Below, in pieces: positions 1 to 10,520 of a stretch of 46,382 bases of DNA (its first letter is position 1; the number at the start of each line of letters is the position of its first letter). A program made the position numbers and the translations under genes. The stretch is from contig NC_068982.1 of assembly GCF_001194135.2 (NCBI RefSeq), forward strand, positions 90,615,158-90,661,539. Reading direction: 5' to 3'. The DNA is from Octopus bimaculoides. Its lineage: Eukaryota. The notes under the pieces were generated by a model that saw only the letters and a program-made list of their open reading frames with translations, did no database searches and had not been told where the DNA came from.

Positions 1-115
1 AAAATGTTTTGCGTAGGATGCGTGCAGTGCCCAGTAGTGCAATTTTTTGTATGTTATATATATTTGTAAGTCCTGGTGTTTTTGCTATGTATTGGTCTGA
101 ATATTTTTTTTTATA
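1..115 (-). mobile_element. R4/Dong-like LINE C-terminal fragment (subfamily A)
   Basis: Minus strand reads KKYSDQYIAKTPGLTNIYNIQKIALLGTARILRK, nearly the same as the ORF at 7229-7459. Confidence 0.8.
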
Positions 116-118
116 CCT

Positions 119-358
119 AAGGCTCGGCGACGAGCTGGCAGAATCGTTAGCATGCCGGGGAGAATGCTGAGCGGCATTTCGACCATCTTCACGTTCCGAG
201 TTCAAATTTTGCCGAGGTCGGCTTTGCCTCTCATCCTTTAGGGATCCATAAAGTAAGTACCAGTTGAACACTGGGGTCGATGTAATAGACTCATCCCTCC
301 CCCCCCAAAAAAAAAATTGCTGCCCTCGTGGCAAAATTTCAAACCATTATTATTATTG
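119..358 (+). mobile_element. tRNA-derived SINE family 1, full length
   Basis: A-box-like TGGCAGAATCG, B-box-like GAGTTCAAAT and an (ATT)n tail; homologous to 24561-24762, 30096-30315 and 46107-46318. Confidence 0.85.
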
Positions 359-444
359 TTAGTGTTGTTTTTGTTGTTGTTATGCTAGTGCATGCTAATT
401 TATTTCGGGGATATTTTATCTTGATGTTTGGTAATATGTCACCT

Positions 445-870
445 CAAATCTGAAGAATCCAAGAATCTTTCTTAAGATTGTTGCAGAAAATAGCATTGTA
501 CATTTCAGCAGGTCGACAAAGCGAGTTTCAATTCCAGTTTCATTCAGTCTTTTAGGTAGTAATTTGGGTGCTGTGCCATTTGCATCAATTGCTACAGGAA
601 TAACTGTGGTCTTGTTCTTTCACAGTTTCCTCAGTTTCATGGCTAGATACTAATATTTCACAATTTTTGCTATTTCTTTATCAACTCAGCTAACATAGTG
701 AATTGCAAAATTTATGATCTTACACTTCGTTTATTTTGTCTTCTGTAATCATATCTGGTCTTCTTGTTTCAATAGTACGCTCGAGCTTTTTAGAGAAATC
801 CCACAGGAGCTTCTAATTCTCATTATGGATTTATTACCAGCCAAAATATCTCACGATAGTTAGTACCATT
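445..870 (-). mobile_element. R4/Dong-like LINE RLE fragment, degenerate (subfamily D)
   Basis: Minus strand across stops and frameshifts: KLLWDFS..RTIETRRPDMI..KTTVIPVAI..GTAPKLLPKRLNETGIETR..ILRKIL. Confidence 0.7.
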
Positions 871-1344
871 TCTTCAATCACTAGCTGGTGTCAACTTCTC
901 TCTTTCCTTACTCTTAGTCGATAATTACCAGTCAAGCACTGATGTCGACCATAGCCCTTCTGTCAGATATTTTCCATGTTGAAAATGAATAATTACAAAT
1001 TAGGCTAAATTCTATGTCGATGAATTTAAATTCTATGTTCATGTGAAAGTGTGCTACTGATCTATATTTTAAGAAGAATGAACAAAACAGAAATTGTTAC
1101 TCATCATATTAGCTAGTGATTATTTTCCTTCTATCAAAGCACAAATAAGTGAGTAGCTGGTATGACAGATAGTAGTTGGAAGTCTACTAGTTCGTATTGT
1201 GGCATTAGTTGACACCATTTTGTTGTTGTTTACTACCGGATGTACTCTGAATGGAAATAATTATATTTAAATAAATTTCAGGCGTGACGTCAATTTTTTT
1301 TAGAATGCCTAGCGCAGCACTATGTAATATGTCCATACATTCTT

Positions 1345-1425
1345 TTAAGGTAGAATGTAATTTAGGGGATATCGGACTGCTATTACCAGCTAGTTGAATG
1401 ACTGTGAAGAGGATCCCTTGTTAAC
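1345..1425 (+). repeat. Short dispersed repeat, unclassified
   Basis: gtagaatgtaatttaggggatatcggactgctattaccagc resembles ~37720-37800 (+) and ~27222-27260 (-). Confidence 0.5.
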
Positions 1426-1444
1426 TTGCAGGTTGAAAAGATAC

Positions 1445-1900
1445 GTTCCATTTTAAAAGTAGATGTATTCGAGGTGACAAAAATGTTCCGAATAATTTCA
1501 CAAAAACATTAATTTAAGATGTAACGATGTTTAGGAGTCAACAGCACTTATGTTTTAAAAGCATGTGAATAACAAGAAAAAACATTTACGTAACTTCGAA
1601 CAATTTAATTTAAAATAATACTTTAAAAGAGGTAAATGTCAAGAATAAAATTCAGCAAAAAGTATGAACATCCTATGTTTGCAGCCAATGCAATTATCGC
1701 TTATTTAGACAGCTTATTTCGTCAACATTATTTTGTTTTTCCTTTCCATATTTCGAGTAAGCTATATAATGTATTCCTGGCGGGCCACTTCAGGATGCAC
1801 TGTTTGTATGTCTACCTTATTAAAATAGCAGGATCACGATGTTTAGGCTCAAATCTTAATTATACCAAATTCCCTTATCTACTTCTTTTTCTTTTATTCC
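1445..1900 (-). mobile_element. Penelope-like element relic, highly degenerate
   Basis: Minus-strand pieces IWYN*DLSLNI, IAYS..RNME and KWNV resemble the PLE motifs IWFNPP.SxNV, SYSC..NM and KWSI. Confidence 0.4.
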
Positions 1901-2415
1901 GTATCCTTCATTTCACCCCCCTCTCTTCCAGAATTTCGCAGAGGAATTAGTAAATCTGGGTTTTGACCCAAATTATTCTTCCTGTATCATAATTAACTGG
2001 ATATCCAATAAATTGTGCTGATATTCTATTAGTTCTATAAATATTCTTTTGGAACATCTTTTATCTAGAATAATTAGATGAATGGATAACTAACCTTGAC
2101 TATAAAGTGTTACAGGCACAATAAATGTTTTTTGAGCGTCGTCGTCAGCTGCATTTGATGGGGTCAAATATCCGCTAGATTTAATGACTTCTTTAGAATA
2201 TTAATGCTTTTTACTCTCTTTGTATTTACAACTTTATTCCACTATATGCCGCTCTAGAATGAGAGGTTGGTGACACACTGAGCTTAAGTTTCTTAAATTT
2301 CCGTATTTCTAACTAACAGTTTCACTTTATGATCTGTTGACTAATAAACAAATGAGTGCTCACAAATTTATTTGGTAGCCTGATGAGGTGGGAGTTTGTA
2401 ACATATACAAATTGA

Positions 2416-2451
2416 ATGTCACACTAAAGACTTATGTCACACTAAAGACTA
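2416..2451. repeat. 18-bp tandem duplication
   Basis: atgtcacactaaagactt followed by atgtcacactaaagacta. Confidence 0.9.
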
Positions 2452-2655
2452 ATGAAACGTCTGTACAAATACCAGGCAACATTCCTCTCTGTTCTTATTA
2501 TGTAAACTCTTTGGTCATAAACTTGAATTTGCTTTTTAAAGCCCGTCTATTGTTATTGATAATTAGATGTTATCCTCCAACGAAAATAGACCGCTTCACT
2601 GTTGATATATATGAAAATGACAAATATCCGTAGAGTTATAAAAACATTAACAAAG

Positions 2656-2701
2656 AGAGTGGAGTGAGTAACTAGTTAAAACTAGTTACTCACTCCACTC
2701 T
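2656..2701. repeat. Perfect 22-bp inverted repeat with 2-nt spacer
   Basis: agagtggagtgagtaactagtt-aa-aactagttactcactccactct. Confidence 0.95.
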
Positions 2702-3014
2702 TCATAATTCTACAATTGTTTCATTCACGCTTTAACAAAAAAATTATTGCTGGAATATTATTATATATGATATCGAATGAGTATTATTCCAGCATAATCG
2801 GAAAAAGTGACTTTACAGGTCTATGTATAAACAGAAATGCCGAGTATACCCAATTTCACGAAAATATATACCCCTCCTTTAAAATATTCATATCACATCA
2901 TTATCATATCAATGGTTAAAATAAAATCATATGCACAAAACAAAAATCAAAGTAACCGGTCAAGAAATAGGAGGAATCAAAACAAACAAGAGAATAAATG
3001 GGAAAAATAGACAA

Positions 3015-3262
3015 ATAAAGAAGTAAATGAACAGATAAAATACATAAAATAATAAATCTTTGCGCCTCCCGAATCATAGATCTAGTTATAGATAGAAAGT
3101 TCTATAAAGTCGTTAGGGTGAGCACACAGCTTAGTATCAATTTCTTAATTTGATACTGTTGTCTACCGCCCAGAAATAGTTATCAAAGAGTTTTATGCTA
3201 CCAATTGATTTACTAGCTGGCTCCAAGTAACGATATTTACGATGTTTACCAACTCTCACAAA
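3015..3262 (-). repeat. Dispersed repeat, inverted homologue of 9568-9800
   Basis: Reverse complement shares catcgtaaatat, ctagtaaatcaattggtagc.taaaactc and ttttatctgttcatttact with 9568-9800. Confidence 0.75.
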
Positions 3263-3339
3263 TGTACAGATATATACATTTCTCCAGGAAAATTAATCTA
3301 TCTATCGATCCATCTATTTATCATCATCATTATTATTAT

Positions 3340-3912
3340 TCTTTAATGGCTTGCACTGAGTGAGAGAGCAGTGCATGTCATTAAAAGTGACACTGGGATA
3401 AAATGTATGAAGCCCAACATACACATTATGACTACCCATCTGATAAGGGTACACTAGGCACATACATCTCAATCATATGTGCGTGACATGGTGATCTCAT
3501 ATCAAGATAAACTGCGCATAACCTTACAGAGGGAGCCAAGTTAGAATTTTCTTCAGGTCGAGTAGCCCATCCCGCTCAAAAGGTCCCTGAATAAGGTTTG
3601 ATTAAGGATGTTGAACGAAACACCGATATTTCCAGAGGTGAATTATCCAAACCCCAAAGAATTCCTCTCAACACCTGGCTATGATGCTCTCCCACTACTT
3701 CTGCTCGTGATCAGAGGTGCACATATGGTCAGCCACTAAGGGACATGCTCAACTGTTTATGGTCAAACTGGTTATGGTTAAACTCACAAGTAAATCTGTA
3801 GTATTGATCAGAATATTTGCTGTAGCCCATCTTTTTATACCATGACAAAATGTATATGATAACACTTCAAGTCAGTTAAGATCAGAAGCCATGACAGCCA
3901 CTGCCTGGTACT
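3340..3912. repeat. Unclassified ~570-bp interspersed repeat
   Basis: Complex sequence bounded by ATT/ATC tracts; 3670-3820 recurs inverted at 13460-13606. Confidence 0.65.
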
Positions 3913-3930
3913 GCATTATCACCATCATCG

Positions 3931-3973
<43 letters not shown>

Positions 3974-4024
3974 TATCATTACTATTATCATTACTATTAT
4001 CATTACTATTATCATTACTATAGC

Positions 4025-4107
<83 letters not shown>

Positions 4108-4108
4108 A
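3911..4108. repeat. Compound microsatellite (ATC)n-(ATT/ACT)n-(AGT)n
   Basis: Read directly from the sequence. Confidence 0.95.
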
Positions 4109-4164
4109 CTAAACTAGAGTTATCAAATACTGATAAAATAATACTTTATATGTAGACAATCACA

Positions 4165-4218
<54 letters not shown>

Positions 4219-4224
4219 CTTTCG

Positions 4225-4860
4225 CCTACATACATCCTTACATAAGTTCCAAAGTAAAGACACGCATACCTGTATATGGATTTCTGCGCACATAACGTTA
4301 TTCACTTATACACACTTCTATCCATATGAAAATATTTATATATGCACACACAAAAATACACACATAAAATTGTACATAAATGTTTATATGAATTAACAAA
4401 CCTAGAATGTCATAAATATCTTTTTTCTAAAACTCAACATCCATTTATGTATTTATAATACTTTCCAAATACTTATTTTAAAATGCATTGAAGTTTTCCT
4501 AGATTGATATAAGATGTTATGAAAACAATTAACCGTTCTTCCTCCAATACTTTTCCCTGTTTCTCTGAATGCTTTCCGAAATCTGTGATTGCACCTCAAA
4601 GTAATTTTCGAATGTTTGTTAATTTGTTCTTCCTTAGATAGCAATATTCCACGTCTCTTTCAAGCAACATTATATGGATATGCTGTTTTTACGACAGACC
4701 AGCATATGTAATACTGTATCTTTTCGACTGTTAGATTCCATATTAGGTTGACGAGGGACGCCTTGTACCTTTTAACTTTACTTTTAAATCACGTAACAGG
4801 ATTACGCCATTAATTCTTTAAATAATCTGGTGTAGCACCTATACAAGTAATTTTTTTCCT
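4225..4860 (-). mobile_element. Penelope-like element: GIY-YIG endonuclease C-terminus and 3' region (pseudogene)
   Basis: Minus strand: CIGAT..YKASLVNLIWNLTVEKIQYYICWSVVKTAYPYNVA*KR..QINKHSKITLRCNH, matching the recalled PLE consensus YIGxT..TxLSKYIWxLK..IxWSIxKxAxPY..LLNKRSELxSKCRH. Confidence 0.7.
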
Positions 4861-4944
4861 TGGACTATGCATCTGTACTGTCATTTTTCATAGTCATTCA
4901 TTCCTTTTATCCTTTCAATTGCTTATCATTATAAAATCATTTTA

Positions 4945-5775
4945 TTATCATTATATGTTTCACTTTTGCTTTGTATATGTACAGGTTGGCTCCAAGTCTC
5001 ACTCAAAGACCTCAAGAGACAACAAGTTAGGAAGTCCATGTTGGTGTTATGCCTACGGTGTCATAAATTTGGTTTTGTACACAGCATTGTTCTAGAGAAT
5101 GTTTAAGAAAACTTAAGAAAATTATGAGTTTGTTTTAAAATTTGAGATTGCATAGACAGTATTTTACGTAGGATATGGGCAGTTCTCATAAGTACTATCT
5201 TTTGAATTTTTGCCATGTTGGGGTTTCCTGGTATCTGAGCTAGGTAGCAATCAGCCCCTTTTGCTATCATTCCTAGTGCACCTATGACAACAGGTATTGC
5301 TTTAGTCTTTAGGTTCCACATTTTGCTAATTTCTATTTCAAGATCTTTATACTTGCTCAGTTTTGGGGATGTCTTGACAGATACGTTTATGTCGATTGGG
5401 ACAGTCATATGAATGAGGAGGCATGATTTTTGTCTGAAGTCTTTCAATATAATGTCTGGCCTATTTGCATCTACCTGTCTGTCAGTTTGAATGGTAAAGT
5501 TCCAGAGGAGCGAGATGTGATCATTTTCAAGTACTAGAGGTGCTAATCTTGGGGCAGGTTTTTATCTTGGGGCAGGTCCAGGTTTTTGCAAATTACCCAG
5601 TGAATATATTGTGCTGCTCTATCATGCCTGTTGAGATACTCTGTAGGCGCAAGAAGACTACACATGGAGACAACATGCTCAATGGTTTCATTTTGCTGTT
5701 GACATACGCATGTTGGGAAGCTACCGTTCTTTAACATGTTGACCTGGTAATTTCTGTTTCTGATTTTAAACCATA
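4945..5775 (-). mobile_element. 5'-truncated R4/Dong-like LINE (subfamily B): CCHC finger, RLE and 3' UTR
   Basis: ORFs 5543-5839 and 5103-5447 plus the linker: TCVCQQQNETIEHVVSMC, RHD, ANRPDIILKD, KLSKYKDLEIEISKMW, IPVVIGALG. Contains a short internal duplication (cctgccccaagat x2). Confidence 0.9.
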
Positions 5776-5789
5776 TTATTATTATTATT

Positions 5790-5850
5790 TTATGTTTGAC
5801 TTTTGTTTTGCATTTGTACAAGTTGGATCCAAGTCTCACCCAGAGACCTC
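5790..5850 (-). mobile_element. 3' terminus of a second subfamily-B LINE, cut by a gap
   Basis: tatgtttgacttttgttttgcatttgtacaagttggatccaagtctcacccagagacctc matches ~4953-5012; separated from the first copy by a short (ATT)n. Confidence 0.85.
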
Positions 5851-5860
5851 NNNNNNNNNN

Positions 5861-5906
<46 letters not shown>

Positions 5907-6127
5907 CATCATTATTATTATAAAATTGGTTATTCTTATCGCTACTCATTTTAACGACCATTTGTATTATTAGTTTTACAATTATCCTTTGTTGCCATTA
6001 CTATTACCATAGTTATTATTATCGATGTTATTATTATTGGTCTTTGTTACTACTATCATTGTTATTGTTACTAATATTGTTAATCTTATACACGCTAGTG
6101 TAACCATTTACCCCACTCTAAGTATAT

Positions 6128-6535
6128 AGCTATCTAAGAGAAAACTAATTATCAAACATTCGGAAATTACTTCGAGATATAGCCATGAGAACAGTTAATT
6201 GTTGTAATAACATCTCATATTAATCTCGGAAATTTCAATGCATTTTAAAATAAGATTTGGAAAGTAATATAATACATGCATGGATATTGTATTTTGGAAA
6301 AAGATATGAAATTGTAGCTTTGGTACAAGTATATTTGATTCATATTAACTCGTGTGTATAACTGTATGTACCTATGTCTGTGTGCTTATAGAAATATCTT
6401 TATATGGATAGTAGTGTGTATAAGTGAATATCGTTATGTGTGCTCCAATCCATATACAAGTGTGGGCGTCTTTCCCTTGCAATTTATGTAAGGATGTGAG
6501 TATATGAGTGAATTGTATATATGTGTGAATATTTA
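6128..6535 (+). mobile_element. Penelope-like 3'-end copy, inverted relative to 4225-4645
   Basis: About 400 bp colinear with the reverse complement of 4225-4645; reads KLIIKHSEITSRYSHEN. Confidence 0.75.
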
Positions 6536-6605
6536 TGTATAATGTATTATTTTATCAATATTTGAGAACTTTAATTTACTTATTACAAGTTATAACTAAT
6601 ATTTA

Positions 6606-6702
6606 ATAACAATAATAATAATAATAATAATAATAATTATTATTATTATTATTATTATTATTGTTGTTGTTGTTGTTGTTGTTATCATTATTATTATTAT
6701 TA
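6606..6702. repeat. Compound (AAT)n-(ATT)n-(GTT)n microsatellite
   Basis: Read directly; strand polarity switches at ~6637. Confidence 0.95.
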
Positions 6703-6724
6703 TACAGTTGTCTTATCTTTATCA

Positions 6725-7030
6725 CGTGATTTATTTGCACTACCGAGCGCAGCACTGTGTGCCGTGTGTAAGGGGGAAGTGGTTTGTTATGATGCTCTTA
6801 TCTTTACTATATTGAAAGTGTTTTACGTAGAATTTATGCGGTGCCTACTAGTGCTGTTTTTTGTATGTTATATATACATCTTAGTCCTGGGGTTTTTGTT
6901 ATGTATGTATTTATCTGAATATTTCTTTTCTCACATCTAATGCGCCTACTAGGATAGGAATTGTTTCTATTTTTAGACTCCACATTCGGGTTACCTCTAT
7001 TTCCAAGTCTTTGTATTTGGAAGTCTCTCC
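6725..7030 (-). mobile_element. 5'-truncated R4/Dong-like LINE (subfamily A)
   Basis: Homologous to 7150-7450 (KYKDLEIEVTRMWSLKIETIPILVGALD..KTPGLRCIYNIQKTALVGTA); (ATT)n on both sides. Confidence 0.85.
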
Positions 7031-7101
<71 letters not shown>

Positions 7102-7132
7102 GTTGTTGTTGTTGTTGTTATTATTATTATTC
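7031..7132. repeat. (ATT)n/(GTT)n microsatellite between two LINE copies
   Basis: Read directly from the sequence. Confidence 0.95.
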
Positions 7133-7134
7133 AG

Positions 7135-7800
7135 TAATTTTATTTTTATAGCGTGCTTTCACTTCACTATCGGGAGTAGCTCTGTGTGCCTTGAGTATGT
7201 GCTGTGATTTGCTGTGATGCTCTTATGATTACTGAATTGAAAGCGTTTTACATAGGGTGTGTGCAGTGCCTAGTAGTGCTATTTTCTGTATGTTATATAT
7301 ACATGTTAGTCCTGGTGTTTTTGTTATGTATTTGTCTGAGTATTTTTTAATCATAATCATTCCTAATGCACTCACTATGATAGGAATTGTTTCTGTTTTT
7401 AGACTCCACATTTGAGTTACCGCTATTTCCTGGTCTTTGTACTTTGAAAGCTTTTCCACTTCTTTTAGAGAAACGTTGTCATTTTTGGTATTGATACATC
7501 AATTAGAAAGCATTTTTGTTTCTTCATCATCTCTGACAACTATATCTGGCCTATTGGCCTTAATTTCTCTATCTGTGCGTATTGGCATATCCTATAGTAT
7601 TGTTGCTTTTTTATTTTCTGTGACCTTTTCTGGTGTGTGCCTATACCATCTTTTTCTGTTGTTATTCCATAGTGTTGGCATAGCTTCCAGTGTATGTAGG
7701 TCCCAGCTCTGTCGTGTCTGTGAATGTATTCCTTCTTAGCCAGGACTGGGCAGTCAGAGATAATATGATTTATTGTTTCTTGTCTATTGCCATATATTCT
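7135..7800 (-). mobile_element. R4/Dong-like LINE (subfamily A): CCHC/RLE region and 3' UTR
   Basis: QETINHIISDCPVLAKKEYIHRHD..DMPIRTDREIKANRPDIVVRD..EKLSKYKDQEIAVTQMW; runs into gap 7801-8497. Confidence 0.9.
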
Positions 7801-8497
7801 NNNNNNNNNNNNNNNNNNNNNNNNNNNNNNNNNNNNNNNNNNNNNNNNNNNNNNNNNNNNNNNNNNNNNNNNNNNNNNNNNNNNNNNNNNNNNNNNNNNN
7901 NNNNNNNNNNNNNNNNNNNNNNNNNNNNNNNNNNNNNNNNNNNNNNNNNNNNNNNNNNNNNNNNNNNNNNNNNNNNNNNNNNNNNNNNNNNNNNNNNNNN
8001 NNNNNNNNNNNNNNNNNNNNNNNNNNNNNNNNNNNNNNNNNNNNNNNNNNNNNNNNNNNNNNNNNNNNNNNNNNNNNNNNNNNNNNNNNNNNNNNNNNNN
8101 NNNNNNNNNNNNNNNNNNNNNNNNNNNNNNNNNNNNNNNNNNNNNNNNNNNNNNNNNNNNNNNNNNNNNNNNNNNNNNNNNNNNNNNNNNNNNNNNNNNN
8201 NNNNNNNNNNNNNNNNNNNNNNNNNNNNNNNNNNNNNNNNNNNNNNNNNNNNNNNNNNNNNNNNNNNNNNNNNNNNNNNNNNNNNNNNNNNNNNNNNNNN
8301 NNNNNNNNNNNNNNNNNNNNNNNNNNNNNNNNNNNNNNNNNNNNNNNNNNNNNNNNNNNNNNNNNNNNNNNNNNNNNNNNNNNNNNNNNNNNNNNNNNNN
8401 NNNNNNNNNNNNNNNNNNNNNNNNNNNNNNNNNNNNNNNNNNNNNNNNNNNNNNNNNNNNNNNNNNNNNNNNNNNNNNNNNNNNNNNNNNNNNNNNN

Positions 8498-9217
8498 TTC
8501 CAGTTGCAAGGTGACCTCTTGAGTTGTTTTAGGGGTTCAGAGTTGCTCAGGTCCTAAGTCCGTTGTTTTAGTAGTATTTCTCTGAGGTTGTTCCTTCACC
8601 GACCATATTTATTTCCAAAATTTTTCCACTTCTTCTGTTGTTGGTGCTGCAGTAATGTCTATTTTATTTTTGCCAAGTTCTAGGTAGAATTTTGAGGGTT
8701 TGATTTGAACTGTTTGTTTTGTTCAAAGAAACGTTGGCGTTTCTCATACCGGCGGATCCTTTCTGCTTTGGCAAGGATATCTTGCTTTAGTTTTTCTTTT
8801 ACCACAGGTAAATCTTTTTCTGTAATGTTGTATTTGTACAGTACTTTTGTTTTCTTCTTGTTACTTAGTAGTGTCGACTAATTTCGTTAAGAACCGACAG
8901 ATCTTTTCTCTTTTTTAAAATTTTGTTTTGGATATTATTTATCCACAAGGTTTGTTTGGGTGGTGGAATTACTGTTTGAATGAGTTTGAGGGAGTATCCT
9001 GCTTCTTTTGTGGCTGCAGTGGCTGCTGCATATATTATGTCATTTAGCTCAATGATATTGCCATTTGTTTCAGTGGCTATTAGTTCCGTGACGGCTAGGT
9101 TTATACTATCTATTATTGATGTTTTATTGACTATTTTGATTTTTGGGAGGTATAATCTATGGTCCATTCTGAGATCTGTAGTTTTCTGTTCTTTGATTAT
9201 TCTCATTTTTATAGTAA
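8498..9217 (-). mobile_element. R4/Dong-like LINE, N-terminal (pre-RT) ORF region
   Basis: ELNDIIYAAATAA..KLKQDILAKAERIRRYEKRQRFFEQNKQF..EEVEKFWK*IW, typical of the region upstream of RT in R4-clade ORFs. Confidence 0.75.
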
Positions 9218-9268
<51 letters not shown>

Positions 9269-9290
9269 TATTATTATTATNNNNNNNNNN

Positions 9291-9348
<58 letters not shown>
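9218..9348. repeat. (AAT)n-(ATT)n microsatellite containing a 10-N gap
   Basis: Read directly from the sequence. Confidence 0.95.
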
Positions 9349-9353
<5 letters not shown>

Positions 9354-9514
9354 CAAGGCGTGAGAATTGGCTTCTTATTTCTTGCCTATTCTATATCATT
9401 TTAATTAGTTTATTACTTCTAAAAATACATCTTAACAAAAAATAACTGACTTCATTTGCCTAAAATAATGTATATATATATTTATGTATATATTTATATT
9501 TATACATACATACA

Positions 9515-9547
<33 letters not shown>

Positions 9548-9567
9548 GTGTGTGTGTGTGTGTGTGT

Positions 9568-9800
9568 TTAGTTGGTGTGGCTTCATCGTAAATATTCTTA
9601 CCAGTAGCCTCCTAGTAAATCAATTGGTAGCGTAAAACTCAATTAAATCTGAGTAACAATCGGCAGTATCGAATTGTTGGATAGATACTACCCTGTGCAC
9701 TTAGCTACCCCAATGAGTTTAGGGAGGACTATCTATTAGTAGGTGTATTACTCTGGAAACACAAAGCTTTATTTTATCTGTTCATTTACTCTTTTTACTT
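9568..9800 (+). repeat. Dispersed repeat homologous to 3015-3262
   Basis: See 3015-3262; both copies lie upstream of a PLE relic in the same relative orientation. Confidence 0.75.
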
Positions 9801-9949
9801 TATTTATATAGCGATGACTTTTCTTTCACATAAAATGAGTTATCATCGTCGAATCCATTTAATGATAATTGATAATGACTATAAATAACACTAATAATAA
9901 CGACAGTCTACAACTGTGGTAAATGTAATAATAATGATAACGGGTATAA

Positions 9950-10520
9950 TTATTTGGGATCACATGTAAAACTTATGATGCTTATAATAACTTATAGGAA
10001 TCTTGATAAAACTAGTGCCTATGGAATGGCTAATACTCTAAACATTATGTTGAATATGGTTATGTACAGCATTGGAGTAAAAGTCATATACCTCATGATA
10101 CTACTATCCCAGCGTCATCTAAAATAGGTAATTGTCAGAATAAATCTCAATGCGCGCTAGATATGATATCTGACCAAAAATATTGCGTACAAACTCAACG
10201 TCAAAACTAACCTACATACATTTGCCTTCGTGAGTTCTACTTTGTTTTAAAACTAAGAATACATAATCATCTTCACACATTTATAAGGAAAGATAAAGCA
10301 AAACAACAGCACTCCCTGCGAAAGTTTGGGAGTAAAAGGACAAAAATGTTGAATTCTATTTGACGTGGAGCATTGTAAGACGCGCTAAGCCATTTGTCAA
10401 TGACAGATGTGGTTGTAATCCCTGCTGTATGGAATTGTTAGAAATCATGTTAGGTTATTCGTAGATCGGATTTATTAAGAAACAAATGCCCGCATTCTTT
10501 ACTAAAAAAATTTCTATAGT
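9950..10520 (+). mobile_element. Penelope-like element GIY-YIG region (pseudogene)
   Basis: NCQNKSQCAL..KNIAYK..KLRIHNHLHTF..TALPAKVWE*KDKNVEFYLTWSIVRRAKPFVNDRCGCNPCCMELL across frameshifts. Confidence 0.75.

Noticed and set aside
119-200. tRNA genes at SINE heads
   Set aside because: A/B-box-like motifs are present, but I found no cloverleaf and the sequence continues into the SINE body.
1932-2021. Exon after a strong polypyrimidine acceptor (NFAEELVNLGFDPNY)
   Set aside because: In-frame stop, no good donor, and it abuts a probable minus-strand PLE relic.
3891-4112. Poly-Ile/Ser, (CV)n, (YI)n and (HT)n ORFs throughout the window
   Set aside because: Translations of microsatellites.
7690-8557. 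Long ORFs containing X runs (also at 13707, 16198, 17839, 24059 and 42916)
   Set aside because: They are open only because they cross N gaps.
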